The translations under genes and the position numbers were made by a program. Source: Octopus sinensis (taxonomy: Eukaryota). From it: DNA of 64,000 nt. Of the stretch, positions 1-15,961 are shown one piece after another (position 1 is the first letter of the stretch; each line of letters starts with the position of its first letter). The notes beneath the pieces are model-generated. The model worked only from the letters and a program-made list of their open reading frames with translations. It made no database searches and was not told the origin of the DNA. The DNA lies in the NCBI RefSeq assembly GCF_006345805.1, contig NC_043008.1, positions 58,900,001 through 58,964,000 on the forward strand, read 5' to 3'.

Positions 1-3000
1 CTATGAGTCTGTCTATGCATGTATATGTCTGAATTTGTTTCTTACTGACTGGCACACTATGTTGGTTTGTAAATGTTCCCTAAAAATAGCGGTTCGGCGA
101 AAAGTTTCCGATGGCATAAGAACTAAACTTAAAATAAATCCTGGGTTCGATATGACACATTAATCCTTTCAAGATGGCGCCCCAGCTTGGCTGCATTTCA
201 ATGATGTTAACAAGAAAAAGAATAAAGAAAAACGTAAAAAATCAGCAATTTTAAATGCTCGGGGAATGCTGACCTAATCTAAGAACTAGGATAAACTATG
301 AAACTTCGATTGATTTATTTCTCATTTGATTTGAAATGTTTTCCATTAATTTTCTAGTTAGAGTTTCAAGTGTGTTTATCTATTTAAACTTAAATAACTA
401 TAATAATCTTTAGCAAGTAAATTACTATTATTAATGAAAAATTTTGTTTAATCTTTTTAAATTGCTGTAGAGCGACAATTTAATAAAAGAATCAACATTT
501 CTATTGTAGCAATAGTTTTAATCAAAGAAAACATAATAAACTAACTTTCCATGTTGTCTACCTTCAATATATTCGTGTTATAATTAATCTTTTATTTCAT
601 TTTAAACTTGTTCACTGGGAAAAAAATAAAATTTCTCAAGCGCCGTAAAACACAATTAATTTATAAAACCTTTGTTTCTCGGGTATTTTGATAGATGTTC
701 AACACGATTTTCTCCATTTTGGTTTTTCTTCAATGTTTAACTTATTCGTATTTACGTAGGCATTTTTTTTTATTGTGATTTTGCTGAAAGGTAGAAAGAA
801 TTTATTGTTAAGTAATGCTAATAACTAATTGAGAATTTTCTTCTTTCGTGTAATTCTAATAACTTAGCTGCTTGAAACTAATGTTTAATAAATATTTATA
901 AAAACGAGTTGATAAGTAAATGAATTTGGGCACATTTATATTCACTAATTAATCGAGACTACTTTGTCATGGTAATTGGTTGGAAAATATATGGCTTCGA
1001 TGATGACACATTCATTCTGTAACCCATCAACTCTCACAGCAGCGCCGTATATATTCACAAATGTAGAACAGAATGCGTTTCAATAAATTTCACTCTGCAT
1101 GGAAAACAAAAATTATCCCAAAGCAAATTTTCTATTCTAAATGGCATCAAAAGCATGGGAAAAAAGTTAGTTATTTATGAGAAAATCGTACATAAGGAAT
1201 ATATCTCAGACATTTTCTAGAGAACATTGGAGCCATAAATGAAGTGAAATAGTTTTAATCAGGATTTGGTATTTAAAAAAAAAACTAATTGTTTTATTTC
1301 CGTTACTCTCTTTATGACTGCTAATATTTATGACGGTAAGTTACTATCAAATTACCCGAAGGAAAAACTCAGGAAAACTTTATTAAACTATTATCATCTA
1401 AGATCATTGGATGGAGGTGTGTCACACAATTCGTAGACCATTAATATTTCTTACCCCCATTTAGTGTGTTGTTTCCTGTTTTGATTTCGAATGTCAGAGT
1501 CATTAAAGTGGCTCGTATATCGTGGTTTTATTTTTTATTGTTTTTACTATTTGGTTCCTTCTATACATAAGGAGCTGATTCCTAACAAATAAAGCAAGCC
1601 TCTATTCATGGAATTTCATGGAATAAAAACGATGTGTTATCTGTTGAACTTTATAAAAAAACTCTTACATGCTTTTATTGTTTGAGCAACAGAATATATA
1701 TTTAAAGCCTGTGTTAGCTGATCGATCACTTTCTGGGTTTGAAACTGCTAGCTTTTCGATATTAAACTTTGAAACATTTACGTACACAACCAAGTGTTCT
1801 AATAATTCATCTGTATTAATGGGAATTTGTAATCTTGATATTAGAAGTCGGCTTTTTCGAAATCCATAGAAATTCTCATTATCACTCATTTTGAAAAAAG
1901 CAAAAACAAAAAACCCAACCTTTTCCCATTTTCCCCCTCGCAGCCATATTACTCATATTATGTTTGCACCCAGCAAAAATTTTGATGGGAATGTTCCGCC
2001 AATATTTCATATGATGGTATGTATACTATTCAATAATGGGAGTATTTTCAATATTTATACCACGGCATTTTTACTTATGTATGATATTGCATATTATTTT
2101 AGCAATAATATGATGATATCTATCTATCTACAAACAAATTTCATATAATCGATATATCCGATTGCATCTCGAGGGTTTAAGGACACCACTGTCTTTTTTT
2201 ATCAAAATATATTTTGTAGTTATATCTTGCTCTTGGCTTGCACAGTTATGGCCTTCAAAGTTTGCAGTGATGTAACGGTCCCGCAACTTACAGTGGCAAC
2301 ACTCTATCATAATATTAGAATCATACTTAACGCAGCGTGCCAGCTGACTCGTTAGAACGTCGGGCAAAAGCCTAGGGGCATATAGTCCTTTTTTACCTCC
2401 TGAGTTCCCACAACGTCGGCGTCGACTTTGCCTCTCATGGTTTCGGGGTCGATAAAATAAGTATATATCGAGCACTGGGGGGGGGGGGACGTAATCGACA
2501 TACACCTCCCCCATAATTGCTGGACTTGAGGGAAAATTTGAAACGAATATTAGTCATACTCAAGCGTACAATAAAACGTATCCCTTAATACCTATTTTGA
2601 TATATTTAAAGAATTTCTCTTCTCACATTTTGTTGAGACATTGTGGTCTAGAAATTCTAGGGTAACGTGATAGTCGATCGTGATGCAAGTACCACTTGAT
2701 GAATTTACAGCCGACATGTAGTATGTTTTTCCTTTCATTTTTGATCAATTGTTTGGGAATCGATTTTTGCTGCTGTTGTTTAGCATATCCTGTCTCAGTG
2801 ACATTATACAATACTCAAAAGTTTTCTAAATTGATCTTAAGCCTCTTCTTAATTCTTTTCTTCAGAGATTGATTCTGACAGTATTCCTGTTTCGGTCATA
2901 TGTATGTGTGTATGCGTCTATGTATGTATGTATCTATGTACGTATCTTTTTTATTTATTTATACACGCATGCTTATATCGTTAGCTGTATGCCTTTATTT

Positions 3001-4829
3001 AACCTATTCGCAGTATTTGAATCAGTTAATAACAATAAAATCTAGTAGATACACAAAATCGCAATAAAATCTACTGGATATACCATAAACCTGTAATCTG
3101 CTTTGGATCTCCGGAATTAACCATAGCTAGATTATTGCTTTTGCATTCTTCTTTTCCCACTTCCTTTCCATTGTATGTATGGGTGTGTGTGTGTGTGGAG
3201 CGGAGGGCGGGATCAACTCTTTAAATCCAGGCGATTGACTAAATCATAGGGAAGAACAATGGGAACCATAATACCACACTCCATAATTGAAAGTCTTGCC
3301 TTTGTTTCAGCTTTTCTCACTCCTACCTTTCTTTATGTTATACGCATTTGTCGTATATGACGCCATTTTCTTCTTTCTTACTTTCCTAAATAAGTTTGTG
3401 TTTGCATGGATCGTACTTTTCATAGCTGTGTTCATATATGAATAAAGGATGTTGCATGCTTATAAATGCAAATATGTGCGAATGTATATATGTACCTTTG
3501 TATACACATTCTCTATCTAAATTGTGCATTCTCTATTCACATTAAGGAATCTCTCTCTCCATCTCTTTCTCTCTAAAACATTCTCTTTTTACAGTATGTT
3601 GATATGTAGTCTTTCTGTCTATATTTATTCACCTCCCCAATTTCTTTTCTTTTAACGCTATTTTCTTTTTATACTTGTGGTTAGGTTATGCATTATTTTC
3701 AAACGTTGACCCCACTTAATGACTCTTCCTCTGATGTTTTTTTTCTTCTGTATTTTGCAATATTATCTCTTCCGATTATGCCCTTTTTGCTTGCTTTACC
3801 CTCTCTCTATAATCTACTCTCGTAACCAAATACTAAACTCTTTATTCGTTATTTTCTTCTCTCAACCCATTTATTATTGCTTTGCTTTTAATATTTTCAT
3901 TACGTCATTTGTTATCATTTTCTTTTCCTTTCATTTATTTTATCTCCATTCATTTACGTCTTGTTATTGCGCTATTTTCTGCAGTTTTTTTTTTTTTTTG
4001 GTCTTTGTTCTTCTGAACTTCGATATTTTATCACTATTCACTCTGTCCGAACTCCTCCTCTCACCAAATGCCAAATACCACCTAACAAAATAGCCGCTTC
4101 TGTTTCCATTTCCGTTTCGTCTTCCAAAACTGCTGAATGGAAAATCTGTTTTAAATTCACATCATGATAAAGCATCTATAAGTCTCAGAAGAAAGTGGAT
4201 CTGTATTCGAAAAGTTTTATTTTGGTCTCGTTGGCAGAAGAAAATCCGCTGCAAAATGTTAACCCTCACCTGTGTGTAGTGAGTTAACTTCAAGGCTCTC
4301 TCTGCTAACCACATCTGCTATTTGCGTCGAATTTGTTTTTCTTCATTATCAACCTTACGGTTTGCGTTCATCTTTCTTTTAAACAATTGTTTAGCCACAG
4401 TCTCTAGCGGAAGCGATTATCACTAATGTTCGCCCAATTGTAAGCCTTCATACAAAGAGTCTTTATCACATACCTATAATTAAATGCATCCACTTGTATA
4501 GGTATCGTCGTTTATTAAGTAAATTTTCAAACCTGTGAACTCACTAATTAATAACTAATCATATTATTATTTCATAAGTGATCGTCACTCTTATATAATT
4601 AGAAATTCCTAGGTGATAATTATTCATCATATATCATATTTAGGAAGTGAAAATCGGTCCTTAACGTACTATGTATTTCATTGATAAAACAGCAACATGA
4701 AACTTTATGTAAGATAGCAGGCAGCTTAATGGAATCAGTAGACAAAAGACAATTACAGGATTACCTGCTGAAAACAAACTTAGATTCCGCAATGAATAGA
4801 GTACTCATTGGTCCGTGATACACCACATT

Positions 4830-6412
<1,583 letters not shown>

Positions 6413-6497
6413 CAACAATTGAGGGTAAAATTAATTAATCAATTTCACCAAGTGTTCAGTATGTAAAAGACCATTTAAGGCGAATTCAAAATATTAC

Positions 6498-6621
6498 AAT
6501 ATATAATTAGGGCTTAGTAAAATAAATTACTTTGCCACATACTGAACTTAGTATTTCTGCTATTTCCACTAAGTTCAGTATGTGGCAAAGTAATTTATTT
6601 TACTAAGCCCTAATTATATAT

Positions 6622-6622
<1 letters not shown>
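6498..6622. repeat. Perfect 55-bp foldback with 15-nt loop adjacent to (TA)n
   Basis: 6498-6552 is the exact reverse complement of 6568-6622. Confidence 0.9.
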
Positions 6623-6653
<31 letters not shown>

Positions 6654-7060
6654 CAAGGGTACTACGAGAATACTTGTATCGCTAAAACTTTTTCCTACGA
6701 TTCCTGTATTTATTTTGAGAATATTTTGTGGGACAGAATTATTTTTTACTTCTATTATTAGCGATCCGGGTATACATGTAAGACCGTTGTGTGTGTGTGT
6801 TTATATGTGCGTATATATATATATATATATATGTTATATATATATATATATTATATATATATATATATGTATTATTTTTATAATTCGCCTGTACGGCTGA
6901 TATTCGCTTGCCACTAGTGATGGTATTTTGATAATACTATCATTCTCGTATTTACTCATATATAATATCCCAGAAAACAGCTGTGAAACTATTCCATATA
7001 AATGTCCTGAAAGCTCCTCACACCCTTGGCTTTGTTATCTTATTATGTCTAATATATATA

Positions 7061-7292
7061 TATTTCTTTACTACCCACAAGGGGCTAAACATAGAGGGCA
7101 CAAACAAGGATAGACAAATGGATTAAGTCGATTACATCGACCCCAGTGCGTAACTGGTACTTAATTTATCGACCCCGAAAGGATGAAAGGCAAAGTCGAC
7201 CTCGGCGGAATTTGAACCCAGAACGTAACGGCAGACGAAATACAGCTACGCATTTCGCGCGGCGTGCTAACGTTTCTGCCTGCTCGCTGTCT
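7061..7292 (-). mobile_element. SINE family M (Meta/Sauria-like central domain)
   Basis: Reverse complement contains gttcaaattccgccgaggtcgactttgcctttcatcctttcggggtcgataaattaagtaccag. Confidence 0.85.
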
Positions 7293-8089
7293 AATATATA
7301 TATGTATATCTATGTATGTATGTAAATATGTAGTAGCTATGTATGTAGGTATGTATGTAGGTATGTATTTATTATAGCCAATTGATACATACGTACACAC
7401 ACATGTATGGCATGTATGTTTATATATGGTTGAATATATACATAGAACTAAAATTTGACGGACTAAGAGTCTACAAAACAGAGAGAATGCTAGATAGATT
7501 TCTTAAACATTTACAGGATATATTTCACTATTCAAATTTCATTCCTGCTTTATCGACAGGAAGTTCCAGTTCAATCAAAACATTAATAAAGCATTACTAA
7601 AACACGAAATTCTATATCAATCTCTGGAGACACCTATTGATAAAAGTAATATAAACATTGATGACAAAGTGAGAATTATTCAAGTGTGAGGGCGCAAACA
7701 AACACGACAAATACAATCTAAACGTACTTGACATGAACTTTAAGTTGGAGTGGGGAAAACTGATGAGTGACAGGAAAATTGTAATATACAGCCAGGATAA
7801 GAGCAATCAGTTTGATATCAGGAATACATCACGGAATTAATATATGCGTATGTTTGCGCGCGTAGGTGAATGTGTGCCTGCGCGTTTGTGTGCGTTCGTG
7901 TATGTTTGTGTGTGTGAGTGTGTGTGCATATGTGTGTTGAACAGTACTTGTACTTAGACAGTTTGCTGTACCTATTATTATTTTGTAGTATGTATATAAG
8001 TACGTATTTATGTATGTGTGTATGCAAGTAGGAATGTATATATGCATGTATCCTTATATGTATATTTATAGATATGTATATAAATATAT

Positions 8090-8121
<32 letters not shown>

Positions 8122-8122
<1 letters not shown>

Positions 8123-8411
8123 GAGGCACATGGCCTAGTGGTTAGAGCAGCGGACTCGCGATCGAGGGTTCGTGGGCTCGAATCTCAGACCGGGCGATCT
8201 GTGTGTTTATGAACGAAACACCGAAGCGCCACGCGGCTCCAGCAGAAGGTTATGGCGAACTTCTGCTGACTCTTTCGCCACAACTTTCTGTCACTCTTTT
8301 CTCCTGAATCTTGCAGCTCACCTGCGACGGACCGGCGTCCCGTCCAGGGTGGGGGAAGCTATACGCCAAGGAAACCGGCCCTATGAGCCAGGCGTCTTGA
8401 GAAGGAACAAC
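8122..8411 (+). mobile_element. SINE family B (tRNA-derived head)
   Basis: ggaggcacatggcctagtggttagagcagcggactcgcg A-box and ggctcgaatctc B-box; shared body with 39474 and 63328. Confidence 0.85.
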
Positions 8412-9861
8412 ATATATATGTGTGTGTGTGTGTGTGTGTGCATATGAGCGTGCCTGTTTGTGTGTGTATGTGTGTGTGTGGGGGGTGTTCTGTCAAGGAA
8501 CAATCGAAGGATGAAGGTGTAGGAAATTAATAAACTTCGAGTAATCCGTAGAGGGTATAAGAAACGACTCTCACGAACAATACTGGTTCAATGCCGTAGA
8601 ACGTTGGAAGTTCTTCCCATATTCGATAAGGTGAAAAAAAGTTCTTTTATGGGTCATGATTTTAGCAACTAGGTTTGCTGCGTATGTGAATAAAAACCCA
8701 AATCTTGGGAATGGATTAAATAAAATCCAGGTTACACATGTTTCCTATCATGCAGACCCTTGAATTACCTCGTCTCGAATATGATACCTCAATGATAATC
8801 CCTGCATAGGTCTGTTATTGGTCCTTTGTGTCGTAGTCGATCGATCATGTGTAGTAGGCCATTGCGTAGCATCCCACGTCTTTCTTGCGAATAACAGGGA
8901 CATTGCTAGTGCAGCTACTGACACGTAGGGTCTTGTCCAATTTTGTTTTGAGCACATCTTTTATTGAGGTCAATGGTTTCTACTTCGCCTTTATTCTTCT
9001 CCAGACTTAACGTGTTTATCTCCACGCATACGTACTCTCTGCGGGCCATAACTCCTCGATTTTATCACTTGCCACTTGTATAAAAACTTTGTACTACGTT
9101 TTCGGACCTCATCTACTTTACTGTCATGCTGTTCATCTTAAGGCCAACTGCTCAATGTGTTTATGCGCTTGGTTGTGTACGTATTTGCGTACACAAACAC
9201 ACAAACACAGACACACACACACACACATACATACACACACACACACACACACAAACACACACATATACAAGTGTATGTTTTCAAACTATTTGAACACTCA
9301 AAACGCATGCCTATTGGTTTGAGTCATTCTGACGAAAACTCTTCACTTCCTCTCGCTCTGTCTCTCTCTCCATATATATATATATATATATATAAATTAT
9401 AATTTAGGGTATCTAAGAGATATCAACACGCTGGAAATAGCAGCCAAAACTTAACTCTAAAACCACATTAAATGTTCATACAGCAACAGGAGAGAAAACA
9501 AAAATACAAAATTAACTAGCAAAAAATTACTGGATAATTCCAGATCCCGGATTTCTGACTCTGCATAAGAAATGCTTTGCCTCATCAGTCGAATATACAC
9601 AGATAGTACATAAATACAAATATATACAACATACGAATACTTACATATACGAACGTATACATACATATATATGCACGTATGCATGCCCACGACCAGTCTA
9701 AATTGCCCGCCTAAATATATATATATCTTCCTATATATCCCTGTGAATAGATGTGCTATAACGAGTCAGTAGCCATCATTTCTCTTCAGTAGTAAAAATA
9801 GCAAAAAGCTAAGTGTAAGTATCGCAATAATAAATTTTTGCTGAACAAATTTCTCAACAGA

Positions 9862-9904
<43 letters not shown>

Positions 9905-10504
9905 CATTATATATATATATATATAATATATATATATATATATAATATATATATATATAATATCCACGTGTACAGACGTATACTTGTTAATTTTCTTTAG
10001 GTTGGCTCAAAACCAAACAAATATAGTCGAATCGTATCCTATATAAAATGATTAAAGACTTTGCGTTAAACGTGTTAAATCTCCCGCGGGATCGCTTATT
10101 CTTAGAACTAAAGCCGGCATTATTAAATACAAGCAGCAACTTCTTGCGACCGTCTCAGCAGAATTTTGCCATCCTCTGACGACGCCATAATTTTAACACA
10201 CGTTGTACTTCCTTTAATTCAACATCCTTGTTAGTTGTTTGAGTTCTTAATTTTACTGTTTGTTTGCTGTTTTTTTTCTCTCTTTTCTATCTGTTTTTAT
10301 TTCGTCTTCTTAGTAATATTATTATTGTTTTGTTTTTCTCAAATCAGTTATTTCTGAAGAAGTCAGATGATTTCTACGACTGGCCAATTGTCCCTAAAGC
10401 TAGGAACTATTTATATTTTGTAAAAACAAACAAATAAAAAATAAATAAATATTTTACTCTAAACCCTCTGAGCCAGCCTAAACACAGGTTCTCTCTCCAT
10501 CAAA

Positions 10505-10539
<35 letters not shown>

Positions 10540-10728
10540 GACTGTGTATCTCACTGCCCCTCTCTCTGCACAATATACATACATGTATAGGTATGCATGT
10601 TTAACTTGCAGCTTATGTTTATAATACTTTTCTCTATAAATACACACTTACACACATATACGCGGGCACACACACATACATGTGTGTGTTTGTATGTATC
10701 TATCTATATGAGTGTGTTTGTGTGCATG

Positions 10729-10767
<39 letters not shown>

Positions 10768-11227
10768 TGTGTGTGTGTGTGTGTACGTATAGCTTCCACG
10801 CAATTTTTATTACTGCGCCAGTTGCTTTATTGTTTATACAATCTGTATCCCTTATCCAACTGCCTCTTTCGATTTATAAATAACACTACCCACATGGCAT
10901 CAAAATCAACAGCCTAACATACAAACACATTTACCATACACATACACCTACACGCGCACACACGCACATTCACGACTACACAACTCATATAACCATTTCT
11001 GAACTTCTTTCTCAAACCTCACTACCTCTGAAACGGTTCTAAACAGCTACCCTTTTTTTTTACCTTTTATTCAAAATACAATCATCTGTTTGAGTGAAAG
11101 AAGGCTAGGAACTATGCATTCCTCGAAAGATATACCTGAAACGAAATCAAAAAACAAATCTATTAAATTATTTTAACGTAGTCAATGCAAATTATCTAAA
11201 CTATGTTCATATAAGCGTATAAATATT

Positions 11228-11287
<60 letters not shown>

Positions 11288-12999
11288 ATACATATATATA
11301 TGCATATATGCACATATACATATATATGTGTTCGCGTGTGTGTACGTATATATATATGTAAAAAGAACCCTCTTTGTATATGCATGTTTATGTATTTTTA
11401 CACTTTTCTGATACATGCCTTAAAATTAATAGATATATGTATATCTTTCCAATTATTCTATACGTAAGTGCCTTCAGCAGTCTTTCTAGTAACCAACAAC
11501 AGACTAATAATTAATTAATTAAGTAGATGATTGGATATTAAACTGATTCTATGTAATCTTCCCTTTTAATGTTAATAATTGATATATACACACTTTTCAG
11601 CAATTTTGGTTATGATATTATTTTTGGAATTCTTACTATAGTGCCCTTATTAAAATTTTCCCTGTATTAACATCATAAATTTCTTATTGTCTTTCCCCTT
11701 TAACTGGTAATTTACATCATGATTTAAAGTCTACCCCTACTCTGCCTCTTTTTATAGACATTTATTCCTATCAACCGACTATTCATAATGTCTTATTTCT
11801 TCTATGGGTTACCTATGATAATATCTATGACCATGCCTAGCCATGAGCAGTCAATTCCCTCTTGTCCTTTAATTAAAATAGACACAATCTCCTAGTCTCA
11901 CATTTAGTAGAAGATATAGAGATAAATGAATTAGAAATGAATTACAACACTTACAACCCTATGACCCCTCAATGCACCATGCGATTCTTAGAAGATGTAG
12001 TCTATTCTTAGCTACAATAGTGACAACATGAATTGCCTACATCTTCTTACTCTGTTAAAATATTTAATAGAAATTATATTAATGTGTACTACTTGTTAAG
12101 ATTCAATTTATTTGTGCAACTGAAGATAGCACTGTAATGATTGCATTGTTCAATTACATGGAGCCACTTGAAACGGCCATACTGCATTACTACTTGATAT
12201 CCTGTTACTTATTTTGATTTTTCATATGTGTGTGTGTGCATGCGTGCGTGAATGTGAGTGTATGTATATATATATATATATGTGTGTGTGTATGTGTGTG
12301 TGTGTGCGTGTGTGTTTGGGTGTGTGTAATTGTGTGTGTGTGTGTCTGAAGGGATCCCTTCCTTTTACACGTTAAAAAATTAACTTTCTTAAAACGTATC
12401 CCTACTGTCCTGTTTCCGTTCTCTTCGTGTTCATTGATTTCACAATACAGCACTTCTTACAATATAATGTATAAACCAAAAATTATGTTCAAATTAATTA
12501 CTTCTTGCATATGCATATTAATAGTTTCTTGCATATTAATAGTTTCTCGAGACAAGCTAATGACTAAACTCTAGAATCGAACTATGAGAAATTTCAGCCA
12601 GACGTTTAAATACTTAATGTCTTGAAGCTAGTTAAATATACAACTTAAAACTTACAGTATTGAAATATAAGACGTCTCCAGGGAAGACTGGAGAAACACG
12701 GATTAACTGCTGCCAAACGATTTGTTCTTGATATAGATTAATTTCTCCTAATACTCTAAACTGATACAGATCTATCCCAACCAAGGTTTCTAAACACATA
12801 AAAATAATGTTTGTGGAAATCCAACAAAATATTCAAGCAAACATTATCATCCAACATTTACAACTGTCGTCCAAAAATGATAATGGATTTTACACTGAAA
12901 CTGAAATAAGGGGGATAACAGCGAAGATATAATCACATTGTATCGTTGTTAACTCCCTTCACAAAGCCAGAAGTATATCCAGAATATATGTATGTAAGT

Positions 13000-13386
13000 G
13001 GATGGAAGCACTCAGTCGGTTACGACGACGAGGGTTCCGGTTGATCCGAATCAACGGAACAGCCTGCTCGTGAAATTAACGTGTAAGTGGCTGAGCACTC
13101 CACAGACATGTGTACCCTTAACGTAGTTCTCTGGGATATTCAGCGTGACACAGAGAGTGACAAGGCCGGCCCTTTGAAATACAGGTACAACAGAAACAGG
13201 AAGTAAGAGTGAGAGAAAGTTGTGGTGAAAAAGTACAGCAGGGATCACCACCATCCCCTGCCGGAGCCTCGTGGAGCTTTAGGTGATTTCGCTCAATAAA
13301 CACTCACAACGCCCGGTCTGGGAATCGAAACCGCGATCCTATGACCGCGAGTCCGCTGCCCTAACCACTAGGCCATTGCGCCTCCA
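13000..13386 (-). mobile_element. SINE family B, long-tail variant
   Basis: Reverse complement begins ggaggcgcaatggcctagtggttagggcagcggactcgcgg. Confidence 0.85.
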
Positions 13387-14186
13387 CGTATGTAAGTACA
13401 GTTTCAACCACAATAGTAGACGCAAAAGTAATGTGATCCAAAAATGTCCCAAATTTCTGCAACGAGCGATGAAGATTTTTAAAGACACGTTCACGTAAAT
13501 GAAAGGTTTAATATAACACACGACATTAGAGTAGCAATGTACCAAAAGTTCAAGATATATAGTTCGAACCACAATGCAAAACAACCAATACTTTCTAATA
13601 TGCTCAAATCATAATACGGTGAGATTGTTACCGACACAATACGGGTTTATATGTGTGTGTATATGTGAGTAGGTGTGATTTTGTGTGTGTGTGTAAGGAT
13701 GAATGTAAGTTAAGTAAATGTGTGTCTGTGTATATATTGAAATATTGCATTTGTACAAAGAGGAGAACTGCCAAGTTACATTCTATTTGAATATTGCATA
13801 TCTCGAGAGTGCCAAATTTTACGTCCGGCAGATGTCAATATTTAGACAGAAGAAAAAAAATTCAGCAAAGTAAGGTGTTTGCTACTGGTTCGGCTGGTGA
13901 AGAAGAAGATTTAAAATCATGATTAACACTACCCTACGAGGTAGAATTTTTCTTGGGTAGAGATGCTGGTGGTGGTGGTGGTGGTGGTGGTGGTAGTGGT
14001 AGTGGTAGAGCTATCATTTATCGAGAAATTCAATTTAGTTACGACAAAGCGTAAGTTCAGAAATTTTGTATTGAAATGGATGAATAGAGGTGAGGCGAAA
14101 CTATCTTGCAATTTTCTCTTCCGTACTTTCTTGGCGAATTGTAAGAATTGTTTTATAATATATCTATCTATCTATCTAACTATCTA

Positions 14187-14218
<32 letters not shown>

Positions 14219-14250
14219 TCTATCTATATATCTATCTATCTATCTATCTA

Positions 14251-14355
<105 letters not shown>

Positions 14356-14650
14356 AAGGGGTTTGTATGATTGTGTATAAAGGGATATATATTATTCAAA
14401 GGAATTCCAACTCTGATTTTTATGTTTTTTTATATTCTTTATAATTTAATGTAGAATATAGAATATATAGTATAAATAATATATATATCAAAATGAAATG
14501 AAGTATTGATTGTCTTATTGAATAGATGAAATACTGAATATAATATATTAAGGGTCTGGTATACTTTCTTGCATTAAGGCAGTCTTCAAGGTCCCGGGTT
14601 GGGGCGTGCGTGTGTGTATGTATATATATATATATAATATATATATATAT

Positions 14651-15920
14651 AGGCTGTATAGATAGACAGGTGTAGAGTTATGAAAAACGGAAGACTCATA
14701 ATGTAACGATAGTTACTATGAAGGGCATTTCCTTTCGACCGACACATATTCTTCCTGAGTAGATATTGGGGAAATAAGTAATAACTCAATGCAATCACTT
14801 TACAATTGAATACTGGATATATAAGCATGTGCGTATCGTTCTTTTCCATTTGCTGCCAAAGAAATCAAGACTGAGACTTAGTTATAAATGCTCTACTGTA
14901 ATATAAAACAATCCTTTAAGACCGAAGGATACAAGTCGTATTTGACTGTATTTGAGTTCTTAACTTAGCTTTATGTTAAATTACTAAGATATTCCTCATA
15001 CAATATTAATGAAAATATTAATTGAAAAAACTCATTTTGTATATCATCGCCGTAAGTTTTATCTCCGTTTCTTCAATGGAAATATGGAACTCAACGCCTG
15101 CATACAAATGCAACTGGAAGCTTGTATAGAAATATCCTATCTCGAAACAAACTGTACATCCCTTTTGGGTTTTGTTTTCTATAAGGGATTCTAAGCTAAT
15201 GCACAAAGAAGGAATCTGCAAAACCGATAACTGCCTGTAGGAAAAAAAAGTAGTTTCGAACTATGATTGTTAACATTCGTTATCGCCTTCAGAAAATCCG
15301 TAAGTATCGGCAAAATATTTGCTAGAACCCATTGTGATACACAGTTAACTGATTCTCTGTTGTGTGGTTATAAAAGCTTGTGCTGATTCTTCACGGACGA
15401 GTAGCTCATGTAGAAAAGATTTGTACATGAAACGTACTCAACAATACTTGTCTGACAATAAAATAATTATTTTTCTTTGAAAGACATGTTCGTTCGAAAA
15501 CAAGAATTGGGAAACTGGTTTGAGTATGAAAACAAAGTCGTTATTGATTTCCACAGACTTAGAAACACCAATAATACAAATTTGTACCACTATAAAAGTT
15601 CAAATAACAAAAGGAAATAAAACAACATCAAATAACATAAAACACAACTTAGACATAACGATATCTTTAATATTAATCAAAAACGATATACCAACAACTA
15701 TGATATATAAGTAAACGGTAGAAATACCATATTAGATACATTTAATATCATACATAGGCGTAGGAGTGGCTGTGTGGTAAATAGCTAGCTTACGAACCAC
15801 ATGGTTCCGGGTTCAATCCCACTGCGTGGCACCTTGGGCGAGTGTCTTCTACTATAGCCTTGGGCCGACCAATGCCTTGTGAGTGGATTTGGTAGACGGA
15901 AACTGAAAGAAGCCGTCGTA

Positions 15921-15961
<41 letters not shown>

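Noticed and set aside
4310-4410. SNLFFFIINLTVC, resembling GPCR TM2
   Set aside because: It lacks the conserved Asp and is bracketed by in-frame stops.
7775-7800. CTGATGA-gtgacag-GAAA and other lone cores (about 10355, 17789, 43989, 51209, and 61802 on the minus strand)
   Set aside because: Stems I-III cannot be completed; such matches are expected by chance in AT-rich DNA.
8122-8195. tRNA-like sequences at SINE heads
   Set aside because: They continue into SINE bodies and lack a full cloverleaf, so they are not tRNA genes.
8500-9060. Possible Ty3/gypsy RT relic on the minus strand (PVIRKKD...IDY)
   Set aside because: Only a few residues match among many stops, which is too weak without a search.
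11460-12070. AT-rich stretch that looked like a mitochondrial insertion (NUMT)
   Set aside because: Translation in the invertebrate mitochondrial code gave stops and no recognisable mitochondrial protein; left unassigned.
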